Assembly (NCBI GenBank): GCA_037440465.1
Contig: JBBIUB010000014.1
Coordinates: 1-35,797 of the forward strand
From: Coprothermobacterota bacterium
GTDB taxonomy: Bacteria > Coprothermobacterota > HKB111
Length of the DNA stretch: 35,797 nt
Direction: 5' to 3'
The stretch's first letter is position 1, and each line of letters opens with the position of its first letter. This document shows positions 25,629-35,797 of this stretch, in pieces. Below the pieces are notes generated by a model. That model did no database searches. It was not told the origin of the DNA and was given only the letters and a program-made list of their open reading frames with translations. Both the position numbers and the translations under genes were made by a program.

Positions 25629-27413
25629 TAGTATTTCATATAAATCCTTCAAAACCTTAACAGGTACTCCTTTTATTTTATGAATATCTTCAATGGATAG
25701 AGATTTTAATCTATCCAGTGAACCTACCTGTTTTAATATCGTGACAGTTCTTTTTTTACCTATGCCTGGCAAAGATTCCAGCGAAGATTTCGGGTGTTCT
25801 TTGAGGGTCTTGTGATAGCGAAGTCCGAAACGGTGGGCTTCGTCTCTGACTCTCTGTAGAAGATGTTGAGCCTTTGAGTTAGATGGTAAATTTATTGGTT
25901 CTTCTTTTTGGGGAGTATAAATCAACTCTTCTTCTTTAGCTAAAGAAACTACAGGGACTTTTAATTTATAAGTATTTAATACGTCTATTGCTATATTTAA
26001 CTGCCCTTTACCCCCATCAATCAACATTAAATCCGGAAGAGGATAAAACTTAGCATCCCCTCTTAGAAACCGATCAATTCTTCTGACAATTACTTCTCTC
26101 AAAGCTCCGTAATCATCACCATCATGGAGTTTTTTTAATTTGAACCTTCTATAACCATTCTTCCATGCTTTACCATCAATGAAAGTCACCATAGAACCTA
26201 CGGCATACTCTCCCTGCAAATGGGAGATGTCATACCCTTCAATTCTACGGATAGCCCCGGATAAGAAAAGAATCTTTTTGAGCTCTTCACCTTCTATATT
26301 CCTTTTCTTTGCTTCCAGGCGTATCTGCCCATTTTTCATAGCCAATTCTAAAAGGTTCTCTTCCTCTTCTGAAAGAGGAAGCCTGATATCAACTCTATCA
26401 CCTTCATTTCCTGAAGATAGAGCTTCTACCAGAATCTTCTTTTCTGAAGGTTCAATTTGGAGAATTATCTCTTGAGGTGTATCAGCATTATTCAGATACT
26501 TTTCTTTTAAAAAGAAATGAGTTATCTCAGATAGCTCCACTTCAACGGTGTTTTCTAAATAAAAATGGTCTTCCCCGATTAACCTTCCACTCCTTAATCT
26601 AAGTCTTTCTACCAGCGTTTCATCATTTATCTTTATCAAGACAATAAAATCCTTATTACACCGATCAGCAGGGAAATAAATCTTTTGTTTGATTAATAAC
26701 TGTTCAAGTTTAATAATCCTATCTCGTATCCTGGCAGCTTTTTCATAACATAAATTTTCCGCTTCTTCCATCATCTCTTTTTTTAAACATTCCAGAAGAG
26801 AATCTATGTCACCTTTTAGAAAATCAATAGCGTTTTTTAAGTTCTTGTGGTACTCCTCCCGGGATGCTTTTCCAAGACAAGGAGCCAGACAATTTCCTAA
26901 TTGATATTCAAGACAGGATTTTCCTTTGGTTTTAAATACCTTTTTACAATTAGCCAGACCAAAGGTCCTTCCGGTAAATTTGATAATCTCTTTTACAGCC
27001 TTTGAACTGGTATATGGTCCAAAATAGAGACCTTTTTTATCAATTCTTCTTCTAACGAGAAAAATTCTCGGATATTCTTCCTCCGTTGAGATAAATATAA
27101 AGGGATATTGCTTATCATCTTTTAAACGGATGTTATACCGTGGGTTATATTGTTTAACAAGACTGTCTTCAAGGACAAGAGCTTCCATCTCAGTAGTAGT
27201 TGCAATGTAATCAACTTCAATAATTGATTCACGCAGTAACTCTGCTTTACTTGCATCTACTCGGGTTGCTTTGAAATGCGTGGGAACTCTTTTTTTAAGT
27301 GATAAGGCTTTACCTACATATAAAACGCTACCTTCCCTATCTTTGAGAAGATAAACACCTGTTACATCAGGTAAACGTTTTAACTTTTCTTCAAGGGTAG
27401 AGAATTCTCCCAT
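25602..27413 (-). CDS. uvrC: Excinuclease ABC subunit C
   Basis: GIY-YIG (GVY...YVGKA), PRYNI.LKDDK.YP, Cys cluster, EGYDISH, DGGKGQ, RDEAHRF, HhH. Confidence 0.96.
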   Translation of the reverse strand: MGEFSTLEEKLKRLPDVTGVYLLKDREGSVLYVGKALSLKKRVPTHFKATRVDASKAELLRESIIEVDYIATTTEMEALVLEDSLVKQYNPRYNIRLKDDKQYPFIFISTEEEYPRIFLVRRRIDKKGLYFGPYTSSKAVKEIIKFTGRTFGLANCKKVFKTKGKSCLEYQLGNCLAPCLGKASREEYHKNLKNAIDFLKGDIDSLLECLKKEMMEEAENLCYEKAARIRDRIIKLEQLLIKQKIYFPADRCNKDFIVLIKINDETLVERLRLRSGRLIGEDHFYLENTVEVELSEITHFFLKEKYLNNADTPQEIILQIEPSEKKILVEALSSGNEGDRVDIRLPLSEEEENLLELAMKNGQIRLEAKKRNIEGEELKKILFLSGAIRRIEGYDISHLQGEYAVGSMVTFIDGKAWKNGYRRFKLKKLHDGDDYGALREVIVRRIDRFLRGDAKFYPLPDLMLIDGGKGQLNIAIDVLNTYKLKVPVVSLAKEEELIYTPQKEEPINLPSNSKAQHLLQRVRDEAHRFGLRYHKTLKEHPKSSLESLPGIGKKRTVTILKQVGSLDRLKSLSIEDIHKIKGVPVKVLKDLYEILLSSQEGRR

Positions 27414-30220
27414 AACACCCTCTTAAGATATTCACCCGTATAGGAAGATTGATTCTCAGCTACTTCTTCTGGCGTTCCTTTTGCAATCAGATATCCGCCT
27501 TCTTCCCCGCCTTCTGGGCCAAGGTCTATCACGCAATCAGCATTTTTTATAACCTCTAAATTATGTTCCACCAACACCACTGTGTTCCCCTGGTCAACCA
27601 GTTTATGCAGTGCTTTGATAAGATTATCCACATCCATATAATGAAGTCCCACAGTAGGTTCGTCCAACATAAAGAGAGATGTAGGACCATTTCTTCTCTG
27701 GAGTTCGGAAGATAGTTTCACCCTTTGAGCTTCTCCACCCGACAGAGTCGTAGCTGGTTGTCCAAGTTTTATGTACCCAAGGCCAATCTCTTTTAAGAAA
27801 CTGAATCCTCTCTTGATTAGAGGAGAAAAACTAAAGAGTTCAAGAGCTTCATCCACAGTTAAGCCTAAAATATCTGCAATTGAATAACCCTTATATGTTA
27901 CTTCCAGAGTCTCGGAGTTATACCTTCTACTATGACAAACCTCACAGGGTATGTGGACATCAGGAAGAAAGTGCATTTCTACCTTAATATATCCTTCTCC
28001 ATGACAAGCTTCACATCTACCCCCTTTAACATTGAAGCTGAATCGCCCTGGTCTATAACCTCTTGCTCTGGCTGTTGGTAGCTCTGAGAAGAATTTTCTG
28101 ATGTAGTCAAAAACCCCTATGTAAGTAATAGGATTTGAGCGTGGAGTACGTCCGATGGGACTTTGATCTACAAGTAAGACTCTCTCCAATTCACCTGATA
28201 CAGTAATCTCGGTGAAACCATCAGGCCTGGTTCTGCCTCTTCCCATCCTGTAAAGAAGACCTTTATATAGGACTTCATAGAGGAATGTAGACTTACCAGA
28301 ACCAGATACTCCTGTAATGACTGTAAACATTCCCAGAGGTATCTTCAAGGAAAGATCTTTCAGGTTATGTTTTCTGGCACCTTTTATCTGGATAAAACCT
28401 CTACTTTCACTGCGTCTCACCGGGATACCAATTTGAAGTTCATCTCTCAAATAGCGCGCAGTGAGAGAAGAAGGGTGTATTAAAAAATCATTTAAAGGAC
28501 CCTGGAAGATAACTTCACCCCCTTTAGCTCCTGCCAGGGGACCTAAATCAATAGCGTAATCAGCAGACCTTATGGTGTCTTCATCATGTTCGACGACCAA
28601 GATTGTATTCCCCAGGTCCCGGAGACGGAAAAGCGTATTTAGTAGCCTGTGATGGTCGCGTGGATGGAGTCCTATTGAAGGTTCATCCAGAATGTAAGTT
28701 ATGCCAACCAGTGAAGCTCCTACCTGCGTAGCCAGTCTTAATCTCTGGGCTTCTCCTCCTGATAAAGACCCCGAAAGCCGGTTCAGGGTAAGATAGCTTA
28801 AACCAACATCCAGAAGAAATTTAAGTCTGCTTTTAAGCTCTTTAATCACCTGACGAGCTATTATTTCTTCCCTGGAAGAAAGTTGTAAATTAGAGATATA
28901 CTTAGCTGCATCAATAATGCTCATATCGGTAATCTCTGTAATGTTTTTCCCCCCTACCAAGATTGACAGTGCTTCTTTTTTTAATCTTTTTCCACCACAT
29001 GACCTGCAGGGAGTTTCTACCATATATTTACTAATCTCATCGCGAATATAATCAGATGAAGTTTCTCTATATCTCCTAAAAAGAAGAGGAATCGTGCCTT
29101 CAAAAGAAGTACGGTAAAAGCGTTCAGCACATTTTTCATCGTGATAGAAAACTTCAATCTTCTCATTACCTGTACCATAAAGAAGAGCATCTATCAATTC
29201 CTTAGGATAGGATGATATTGGTTTTTCCGGATTATAACCAAAATGCTTGACAACACTTTCCAGTAAAGACATATAATAATTACCACTTGATAATGGCTCA
29301 ATTCCCCCCTCTGAAATAGAAAGTCTCATATCAGGGATAATTAGCTCAGGGCTTATCTCCTGCTTGTAACCAAGACCCATACAATCTTGACAAGCCCCAT
29401 AAGGTGAATTAAAAGAGAATAACCTTGGGCTGATTTCTTTAAACTTGAAACCGCAAAGTGGACAGGAGAATTTCTCTGAAAGGAGAAGAGGCTCTCCTTC
29501 GTCAGACTCAACAAGTACCAAACCTTCTCCCAGTTTCAAAGTAGTCTCAAGAGAATCAGACAGACGGGATATATCATCTTCTCTGATTATGAGTCTATCT
29601 ACCATCACTTCCAACTGGTGTTGTTTGTACCTATCCAGGGAAGGAGTATCTTCTTCCAGATTTACCAGCTCTCCATTTACCCTCACCCGAGTTAGTCCCT
29701 GTCGTAGAAGGCTTTCAAAGAGCTTTTTGTATTCTCCTTTTCGCCCTTTTACCACAGGAGCATATAAATATACTCGTTTATCTATAAATTTCAATTTAAT
29801 CTCTGATATCATCTCATCTAAACTCTGTCTTTTTATGGGAGTTCCATCCTCGGGACAATAAGGGATTCCAATTGCTGCAAACAGAAGCCTTAGGTAATCG
29901 TAAATCTCAGTCATAGTGCCAACAGTAGAGCGAGGACTACGGCTGGCAGACCTTTGATCAATAGCTATAGTTGGTGAGAGTCCTTCTATGTAATCAACGT
30001 CAGGCTTATCCATCAAACCCAGAAACTGTCGGGCGTAAGCGGATAAGGATTCTACATACCTCCTCTGCCCTTCTGCATGTATGGTATCAAAAGCTAATGT
30101 GGATTTTCCCGAACCAGAAACACCAGTAATAACCGTCATTTTATTTCTTGGAATCTCTACTCGAATATTTTTAAGGTTATGTACCCTTGCCCCTTCTACA
30201 ATAATCTTATCTAAAGGCAC
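27380..30220 (-). CDS. uvrA: Excinuclease ABC subunit A
   Basis: Two GVSGSGKS Walker A motifs, LSGGEAQR twice, zinc fingers, FSFN. Confidence 0.98.
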   Translation of the reverse strand: MPLDKIIVEGARVHNLKNIRVEIPRNKMTVITGVSGSGKSTLAFDTIHAEGQRRYVESLSAYARQFLGLMDKPDVDYIEGLSPTIAIDQRSASRSPRSTVGTMTEIYDYLRLLFAAIGIPYCPEDGTPIKRQSLDEMISEIKLKFIDKRVYLYAPVVKGRKGEYKKLFESLLRQGLTRVRVNGELVNLEEDTPSLDRYKQHQLEVMVDRLIIREDDISRLSDSLETTLKLGEGLVLVESDEGEPLLLSEKFSCPLCGFKFKEISPRLFSFNSPYGACQDCMGLGYKQEISPELIIPDMRLSISEGGIEPLSSGNYYMSLLESVVKHFGYNPEKPISSYPKELIDALLYGTGNEKIEVFYHDEKCAERFYRTSFEGTIPLLFRRYRETSSDYIRDEISKYMVETPCRSCGGKRLKKEALSILVGGKNITEITDMSIIDAAKYISNLQLSSREEIIARQVIKELKSRLKFLLDVGLSYLTLNRLSGSLSGGEAQRLRLATQVGASLVGITYILDEPSIGLHPRDHHRLLNTLFRLRDLGNTILVVEHDEDTIRSADYAIDLGPLAGAKGGEVIFQGPLNDFLIHPSSLTARYLRDELQIGIPVRRSESRGFIQIKGARKHNLKDLSLKIPLGMFTVITGVSGSGKSTFLYEVLYKGLLYRMGRGRTRPDGFTEITVSGELERVLLVDQSPIGRTPRSNPITYIGVFDYIRKFFSELPTARARGYRPGRFSFNVKGGRCEACHGEGYIKVEMHFLPDVHIPCEVCHSRRYNSETLEVTYKGYSIADILGLTVDEALELFSFSPLIKRGFSFLKEIGLGYIKLGQPATTLSGGEAQRVKLSSELQRRNGPTSLFMLDEPTVGLHYMDVDNLIKALHKLVDQGNTVVLVEHNLEVIKNADCVIDLGPEGGEEGGYLIAKGTPEEVAENQSSYTGEYLKRVLWENSLPLKKS

Positions 30221-32186
30221 TTTGTTTAATTCTCCTCAACTTTCCTTTAAGTTCAATTATCCTGTCTCTTATATCAGCAGCTTCTTCAAACTCTAACTCT
30301 GCCGCCTTGATTTTCATCTCTTCTTCTAGATGAAGGATGACCATCTCAAGTTCTTCTGGAGTATGTGCTTTAAATACCTTTTCTTCCTTCTCCTTATCCC
30401 TGATGATTTCAAGTACATCTTTTATAGCCTTCTGTATCGACTGTGGTGTGATACCATGTTCCTCGTTATATTTATACTGAATTGCTCTTCTTCTGTTAGT
30501 CTCATAAAGAGCTTTTTCCAGAGAATTTGTAAGCCTATCAGCGTAAAGAATTACTTTACCATTGATATTTCTGGCTGCTCTTCCAATAATTTGTATTAAT
30601 GAGCGTTCAGAACGCAAAAAACCTTCTTTATCAGCATCTAAAATAGCAACCAGGGAAACTTCTGGTAAATCAAGACCCTCTCTTAGGAGATTTATACCCA
30701 CTAATACTTCAATTTTACCTTCTCTTAATGATTTTAGAATGTCTACTCGTTCTATAGTATCAATATCGCTATGGAGATACCGGGCTTTCATTCCCAGTTC
30801 GCCAAGATATTCTGCCAGATTTTCTGCAAACCGCTTGGTTAACACCAGAACAAGTGCCCTTTCTTTTCTTTTCAGGCATTGATTTAGCTCTCCAAGAAGG
30901 TCATCAACCTGACTTCCCGCAGGTTTTACAACTACCTGAGGGTCAGTTAATCCTGTGGGTCTAATAATCTGTTCTACTAATCTCTGAGATATAGATAACT
31001 CAAATTGACCTGGTGTAGCTGAAACAAAGATTACTCTCTTCATAAATTTCTCCAGCTCTTCAAATCTGAGTGGGCGGTTATCAAGAGCCGATGGTAAACG
31101 AAAACCAAAATCTATCAAGGTCTCTTTGCGAGACTTGTCTCCTGCATACATGCCTCTTAACTGCGGAATTGATTGATGTGACTCATCAATAATAAGGAGT
31201 AAATCGTCAGGGAAGTAATTAAGAAGAGTATAAGGAGGTTCTCCCTGTTTCCTACCACTTAAATGGCGTGAGTAGTTTTCTATGCCATTACAGTACCCTA
31301 TTGTCAGAAGCATCTCAATATCATATTCAGTTCTCTGTTTAAGGCGTTCTGCCTCAAGAATTTTACCGTTTGTTTTATATTTCTCATACTGTTCTTGAAG
31401 TTCTTCTTTAATAGAATCCACAGCAGTCATAATTCTGTTTTTTTCACTTACAAAATACTTAGCTGGATAAATCACGAAGGAAGAATATCTTCTTATAGGT
31501 TTTCCAGTTAAATAATCTACCTCTTGCAACTTAATAACTTCGTCATCAAAGTAGGTGATCCTTAATGGAAGTTCAGAAGAAACAGGAAATATATCCAGCA
31601 CTTCTCCGCGCTTCCTGAATTTACCCCTGGTAAAGTCTAAATCATTTCTCTCATACTGAAGCTCAGCCAATCTATTTTGAAGCTCACCCTGGGAAAGGTT
31701 ATCACCCTCTCTTAATAAGAGAGATTGCTCCTGAAATACTTCAGGTAAATCCAACCCATATATAGCAGAAACTGAAGCTACCACCACTACATCTTTTCTT
31801 TCCAGAAGACTTCTGAGTGTTGAGTGTCTTAATCTATCTAAGTCTTCATTTATGCTTACATCCTTTTCTATATAAGTATCGGTCTGGGGTATGTAAGCTT
31901 CTGGCTGATAATAATCATAATAACTTACAAAATACTCCACTCTATTTTCAGGAAAAAAGTCTCTGAACTCGCCATATAATTGAGCAGCAAGAGTCTTGTT
32001 ATGCGAAAGAATGAGGACAGGTCTATTCCAGTTAGCTATAACATTAGCAATAGTAAAGGTCTTGCCAGAGCCAGTAACACCCAGTAGAGTTTGAAACTTA
32101 TTACCTTCCTCAAGACCAGAGACCAGCTCCTTTATAGCCTGGGATTGGTCGCCCCTAGGCAAGAAAAGAGGTTTTAATTTAAACAT
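30207..32186 (-). CDS. uvrB: Excinuclease ABC subunit B
   Basis: GVTGSGKT, YFVSYYDYYQPEAY, DESH, GRAARN, C-terminal UVR domain. Confidence 0.98.
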   Translation of the reverse strand: MFKLKPLFLPRGDQSQAIKELVSGLEEGNKFQTLLGVTGSGKTFTIANVIANWNRPVLILSHNKTLAAQLYGEFRDFFPENRVEYFVSYYDYYQPEAYIPQTDTYIEKDVSINEDLDRLRHSTLRSLLERKDVVVVASVSAIYGLDLPEVFQEQSLLLREGDNLSQGELQNRLAELQYERNDLDFTRGKFRKRGEVLDIFPVSSELPLRITYFDDEVIKLQEVDYLTGKPIRRYSSFVIYPAKYFVSEKNRIMTAVDSIKEELQEQYEKYKTNGKILEAERLKQRTEYDIEMLLTIGYCNGIENYSRHLSGRKQGEPPYTLLNYFPDDLLLIIDESHQSIPQLRGMYAGDKSRKETLIDFGFRLPSALDNRPLRFEELEKFMKRVIFVSATPGQFELSISQRLVEQIIRPTGLTDPQVVVKPAGSQVDDLLGELNQCLKRKERALVLVLTKRFAENLAEYLGELGMKARYLHSDIDTIERVDILKSLREGKIEVLVGINLLREGLDLPEVSLVAILDADKEGFLRSERSLIQIIGRAARNINGKVILYADRLTNSLEKALYETNRRRAIQYKYNEEHGITPQSIQKAIKDVLEIIRDKEKEEKVFKAHTPEELEMVILHLEEEMKIKAAELEFEEAADIRDRIIELKGKLRRIKQSAFR

Positions 32187-32267
32187 ATGGTTTTCTCCTA
32201 TTTAATTGCTAAGTAGAAGGGTTCAATAACTTATTTGGAAATGTTCCAACATTTTAAAGAATTTGTT

Positions 32268-33449
32268 TTATAAACCTAAAGATCTCAAAGCTAAAGTAGT
32301 CAAAGATAAAACACCCGTGAAGAGAGCCTGTTCATCAAAGTCAAATCTTGGATGATGATGCGGAAAGACCTTAGAAATATCTTCGAAGGCGCTACCTACC
32401 ATATAGAAGACAGAAGGATTCAATTGGGTGAAATATGCAAAATCCTCACCACCCAGACCAAGATGAGCTTCAACAACCTTATCAGATCCAAGTAATTCAA
32501 CCATTACTCTTTCAACTTCAGTTGTAAGCTCAGGGTTGTTATAAATAGCAGGATAACCTGGAATAAAAGAGATCTGATGAGTAGCGAGATGGGCTGATGT
32601 AATACCCTTTACTACCTCCTCAATCCTTTCCATAACCTTTTTTCTAACTTCCTCATCCATTGTACGGAAAGTTCCATAGAGCTTTGCTGTTTGAGGAATG
32701 ATGTTATGTTTGGTGCCACTTTCCAGGCGACCTATGGTCAAAGCGACAGGTTCAAAAGGGTTGATAGAACGGGACACTACTGTCTGGAGGCTCATTATAA
32801 GCTCAGCGCTCACAACTATAGGGTCTACGCTGAATTGAGGATATGCGGCATGACCTCCTCTTCCCGTAATATCTATCTCCACTTCGTCAGTGAAGGCAGA
32901 CATATAGCCACTCTTAAGCGCAATAGTACCTGCAGGATGCATGTTGTCAAGGTGAAGACCAAAAAACCTTGTTACATCCTTAAACCCATATTCTTTTATC
33001 ATAGGGTCTGCTCCACCGTAAACTTCTTCAGCAGGTTGGAAAATGAAAAAAACGTTTCCATAAAAAGTTTCTTCTATTTTTTTAAGAATTTTCGCTACAC
33101 CCAAGAGTATAGCTATATGGCCATCATGTCCACAGGCGTGCATAATTCCGGGATTCAGTGACCTGTATGGCAGGTCATTCTGTTCTTCCAGAGGAAGCGC
33201 ATCCATATCTGCCCTTAAACCTAAAGAGACTTCATTTTTGGAAGATATATCTTTGCCTTTTAATTGTGCCACCACGCCGGTTCCAGCTACTACCTTGTAG
33301 GGAATATCCAGTGCTTTTAGTCTTTCCTGGATAACACGAGAAGTCCTGAACTCTTGAAAACCAAGCTCTGGATAACAGTGGAACTCCCTTCGGAGTTCCA
33401 CAACTTCTTTATAAACACTCTCAGTTAACCCTCTGACATCCAATGTCAT
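32268..33449 (-). CDS. M20 family amidohydrolase (Acy1/YkuR/HipO-like)
   Basis: RADMDALP, MHACGHDGH, FQPAEE, GRGGHAA, EDF, HHP.F. Confidence 0.92.
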   Translation of the reverse strand: MTLDVRGLTESVYKEVVELRREFHCYPELGFQEFRTSRVIQERLKALDIPYKVVAGTGVVAQLKGKDISSKNEVSLGLRADMDALPLEEQNDLPYRSLNPGIMHACGHDGHIAILLGVAKILKKIEETFYGNVFFIFQPAEEVYGGADPMIKEYGFKDVTRFFGLHLDNMHPAGTIALKSGYMSAFTDEVEIDITGRGGHAAYPQFSVDPIVVSAELIMSLQTVVSRSINPFEPVALTIGRLESGTKHNIIPQTAKLYGTFRTMDEEVRKKVMERIEEVVKGITSAHLATHQISFIPGYPAIYNNPELTTEVERVMVELLGSDKVVEAHLGLGGEDFAYFTQLNPSVFYMVGSAFEDISKVFPHHHPRFDFDEQALFTGVLSLTTLALRSLGL

Positions 33450-33459
33450 ACATAACCCC

Positions 33460-35142
33460 CTACTGGGTTAATCTATTAGATAAACCCTTCAATAATTCTA
33501 TGAGTGTGGATTCACCAATACCCTGATCTTCAAAGAATTTCTTTATATCATTGTATTCTGATTCAATATTAATAAGTCTCATAGAAAGAGTTACCTTGTG
33601 GCGTTCTTTACTGATATAAATAACCTTAGCCACAATTTCCTGTCCTTCCTGGATAACTTCAGAAGGATTGGTTATTCTTTTTTCAGAAAGGTGGGAAAGA
33701 GGAATGAGACCTTCAATACCATTGCTTAGCTCTACGAAAACTCCAAAAGAAGCAATCTTTACAACAACACCCCGAACATAAGAGTTAAAAGGATATAACT
33801 GTTCTATATCATCCCACGGATCCTTTTCCAGAGCTTTAAGGCTAAGGGTAAGCCTTCTTTCATCTTTATTTATGTTGATGATTTTAGCCTTAATTCCTTT
33901 TCCTTCTTCTAAAACTTCGTTGGGATTTTTTATCCTTTTGTAGGTTATTTCAGAAAAAGGGATCAAGCCTTCCAAACCCTCTTCTAATTCAACAAAACCA
34001 CCAAAGTCATATGTTTTGGTAACTAATCCTTCTACAATATCTCCAATCTTATATCCATTATCCAGTATTTCCCAGGGGTCAGGTTTAACTCTTTTAACAC
34101 TTAAACTGACCCTATGGTGCTCCGGATCCACATTCATCACCTTTACCTTAACAGGGTCACTTTCTTTAAAGGTATCCTGTAAGCGTATATTACGTCTCCA
34201 ACTAACTTCGGGATATGGAACTAATCCTACCAGCCTACCAACTCTAACGAAAAGGCCTGAACTGTCAACCCTGACTACCTTCCCATCAACTATAGAATCC
34301 TGGGGATGTAATTTCAGGAATTGATCCCAGGGATTTGGTTGAGTCAATCTAAGAGAGAGCTTGAGCTCAGGTTGTTCTGGATTGATCTCCAGGATATATG
34401 CTTTGATAACATCGCCTTCTTTAATAAACTTAACAGGTTTTTTCACCTTTCCCCAGGATAGCTCATCATAGGAGATAAAACCTGATATACCACTTAATGA
34501 AACTCTTACTGCGTCCTCGTTAATGTGATTAACCTTAACCCATTTAATATCTCCAACCTTGAGTTCTTTAAGAAGGTTATCTCTTCTCTTTTTTTCTTCC
34601 TCCTCCAGAACCACTCTCTGGGAAAGAACCACGCTCTTTTTTTTCTGATCAAAATGAAGTATTCTAACTTTTAATTTCTTACCAACATATTTGGAACGGT
34701 CTTTAATATATCTAAGCCCCAGGTGAGAAGCAGGAACAAAGCCTTTGAGACCTCCCCCAATATCTACTAAAAGTCCACCTTTTGTCTCTTCAAGAACAGG
34801 TAGTTTAAGATCTTCCTGACTTTCATAAGCTCCTTTAACCGTGTCCCAGGACTTTTGTAAAAGTGCCTTCTTTTCAGATAAAAGAAGTGTTTCTTCTCCA
34901 AGAACTTTAAGGACGAGGATATTAACATCCTGACCTAAAAGCTCACCTGAAGCGAGTAATTTTATACTTTTTTCTGAAAGTTCTCCTTTAGGAATATTAC
35001 CTTCTGTTTTAAATCCAACATCTACCCAGACCCCATCATTGTCCAACTTCACAACCTTACCCGATCTGATTTCTCCCCGCCTGGGTAAAATCATTTCAAT
35101 ATCGGTTCTGAAATCGGTTTCATCTTTATTTTCATTAAACAT
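33460..35142 (-). CDS. rpsA: 30S ribosomal protein S1 (long, about six S1 domains)
   Basis: Repeated S1 domains (DVGFKTEG, GFVPAS, FG.FVEL..G.EGL, LS.K....PW); GGAGGTG SD. Confidence 0.88.
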   Translation of the reverse strand: MFNENKDETDFRTDIEMILPRRGEIRSGKVVKLDNDGVWVDVGFKTEGNIPKGELSEKSIKLLASGELLGQDVNILVLKVLGEETLLLSEKKALLQKSWDTVKGAYESQEDLKLPVLEETKGGLLVDIGGGLKGFVPASHLGLRYIKDRSKYVGKKLKVRILHFDQKKKSVVLSQRVVLEEEEKKRRDNLLKELKVGDIKWVKVNHINEDAVRVSLSGISGFISYDELSWGKVKKPVKFIKEGDVIKAYILEINPEQPELKLSLRLTQPNPWDQFLKLHPQDSIVDGKVVRVDSSGLFVRVGRLVGLVPYPEVSWRRNIRLQDTFKESDPVKVKVMNVDPEHHRVSLSVKRVKPDPWEILDNGYKIGDIVEGLVTKTYDFGGFVELEEGLEGLIPFSEITYKRIKNPNEVLEEGKGIKAKIININKDERRLTLSLKALEKDPWDDIEQLYPFNSYVRGVVVKIASFGVFVELSNGIEGLIPLSHLSEKRITNPSEVIQEGQEIVAKVIYISKERHKVTLSMRLINIESEYNDIKKFFEDQGIGESTLIELLKGLSNRLTQ

Positions 35143-35346
35143 ATTACCGCACCTCCGGATTATCTTCCTAAAAAACAGGAAGTCCTTAATAGGAAATTAT
35201 ATCATAAAACACTTTAATGAATATAAACCACCATACATAATGTAATATTTGTAATGTTCGTAAAAATAAATAAGGTATATTGAGAATATTTATAAGTTAA
35301 CAAAATTATTCTTTAAAAAGAAAATCCTTGAATTACACTCAACCTC

Positions 35347-35374
35347 TTGACAACTAAATGAAAAGTGTTATACT
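35347..35374 (+). promoter_or_regulatory. Sigma-70 promoter of cspA
   Basis: TTGACA (35347-35352), 16 bp spacer, TATACT (35369-35374) with extended -10 TG. Confidence 0.65.
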
Positions 35375-35442
35375 TACAAAAAGTTTCTATACCTGCCTCT
35401 GGCTAGGGATAGAGCGGATATTTTTAGGAGGAAAAGATTTAA

Positions 35443-35643
35443 ATGGCAAAAGGTAAAGTTAAGTGGTTTAACTCTCAAAAAGGTTTCGGTTTCATTGAGA
35501 AAGATGAGGGAGGGGATGTATTCGTCCATTTCTCCGCAATACAGGGAGGTGGCTTTAAATCCTTAGAGGCAGGGGATAATGTTGAGTTTGATATAACTCA
35601 GGGAGACAAAGGCCCTCAGGCTTCAAACGTAAGAAAGATCTAA
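35443..35643 (+). CDS. cspA: Cold-shock protein
   Basis: GKVKWFN.KGFGFI (RNP1), DVFVHF (RNP2), GPQA.NV; AGGAGG SD. Confidence 0.96.
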   Translation: MAKGKVKWFNSQKGFGFIEKDEGGDVFVHFSAIQGGGFKSLEAGDNVEFDITQGDKGPQASNVRKI

Positions 35644-35669
35644 GCTTACGTCATTATTTTGATTAGAAT

Positions 35670-35699
35670 AAGACCTGCCACAAGGCAGGTCTTTACTTT
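35670..35699 (+). terminator. Intrinsic terminator after cspA
   Basis: Perfect 10-bp stem AAGACCTGCC-ACAA-GGCAGGTCTT followed by TACTTT. Confidence 0.8.
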
Positions 35700-35797
35700 C
35701 TAATACTCATTATGTCAGATACTAACAACACCAAAAAGCCCCATAAATCCCTTGCTGGTTCACCTTCCTTAAGGTATTATATAGATACCCTTATTCA

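Noticed and set aside
32235..32249. TTGGAA-ATG-TTCCAA palindrome upstream of uvrB as a LexA box or parS
   Set aside because: It matches neither GAAC-N4-GTTC, CTGT-N8-ACAG nor the parS consensus. Single occurrence, so no function can be assigned.
1325..35245. Many 60-184 aa ORFs antisense to real genes (e.g. 8556-8945, 11122-11676, 24335-24709, 29445-29861, 32691-33161)
   Set aside because: They lie opposite well-conserved genes, show Ser/Phe/Leu-rich antisense composition, and have no recognisable motifs.

Overview
Core-genome window of an AT-rich bacterium. It is probably an anaerobic amino-acid fermenter; WhiA, sigma-54 and a long S1 suggest a deep-branching lineage, but the phylum cannot be assigned from the sequence. 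Left end: tRNA-Thr(TGT)-Tyr-Gly-Thr(GGT)-tuf operon (minus strand, tuf partial) and a divergent panE. Nearly everything else is on the minus strand, reading right to left: rpsA, M20 amidohydrolase, uvrBAC, ogt, an inserted FabX/NMO-like flavoprotein gene, rapZ-whiA-rpoN-GT-C glycosyltransferase, parAB-cdd-tpiA-deoC-recO, glyQS coupled directly to a lysine-fermentation cluster (kdd-kamA-kamD-kamE-kce, with no kal or kamBC), a LysN-like aminotransferase, and mntR-ykuK-archaeal-type ATP-dependent DNA ligase. cspA lies at the right end. The most unusual signal is several families of short GC-rich palindromic elements that have entered coding sequence. An inverted pair adds about 39 aa in frame inside the essential GlyS, and related units encode the C-termini of RecO and UvrC, and possibly KamE and Ogt. 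No mobilising enzyme is present in the window. No CRISPR array, prophage or intact IS element was seen.
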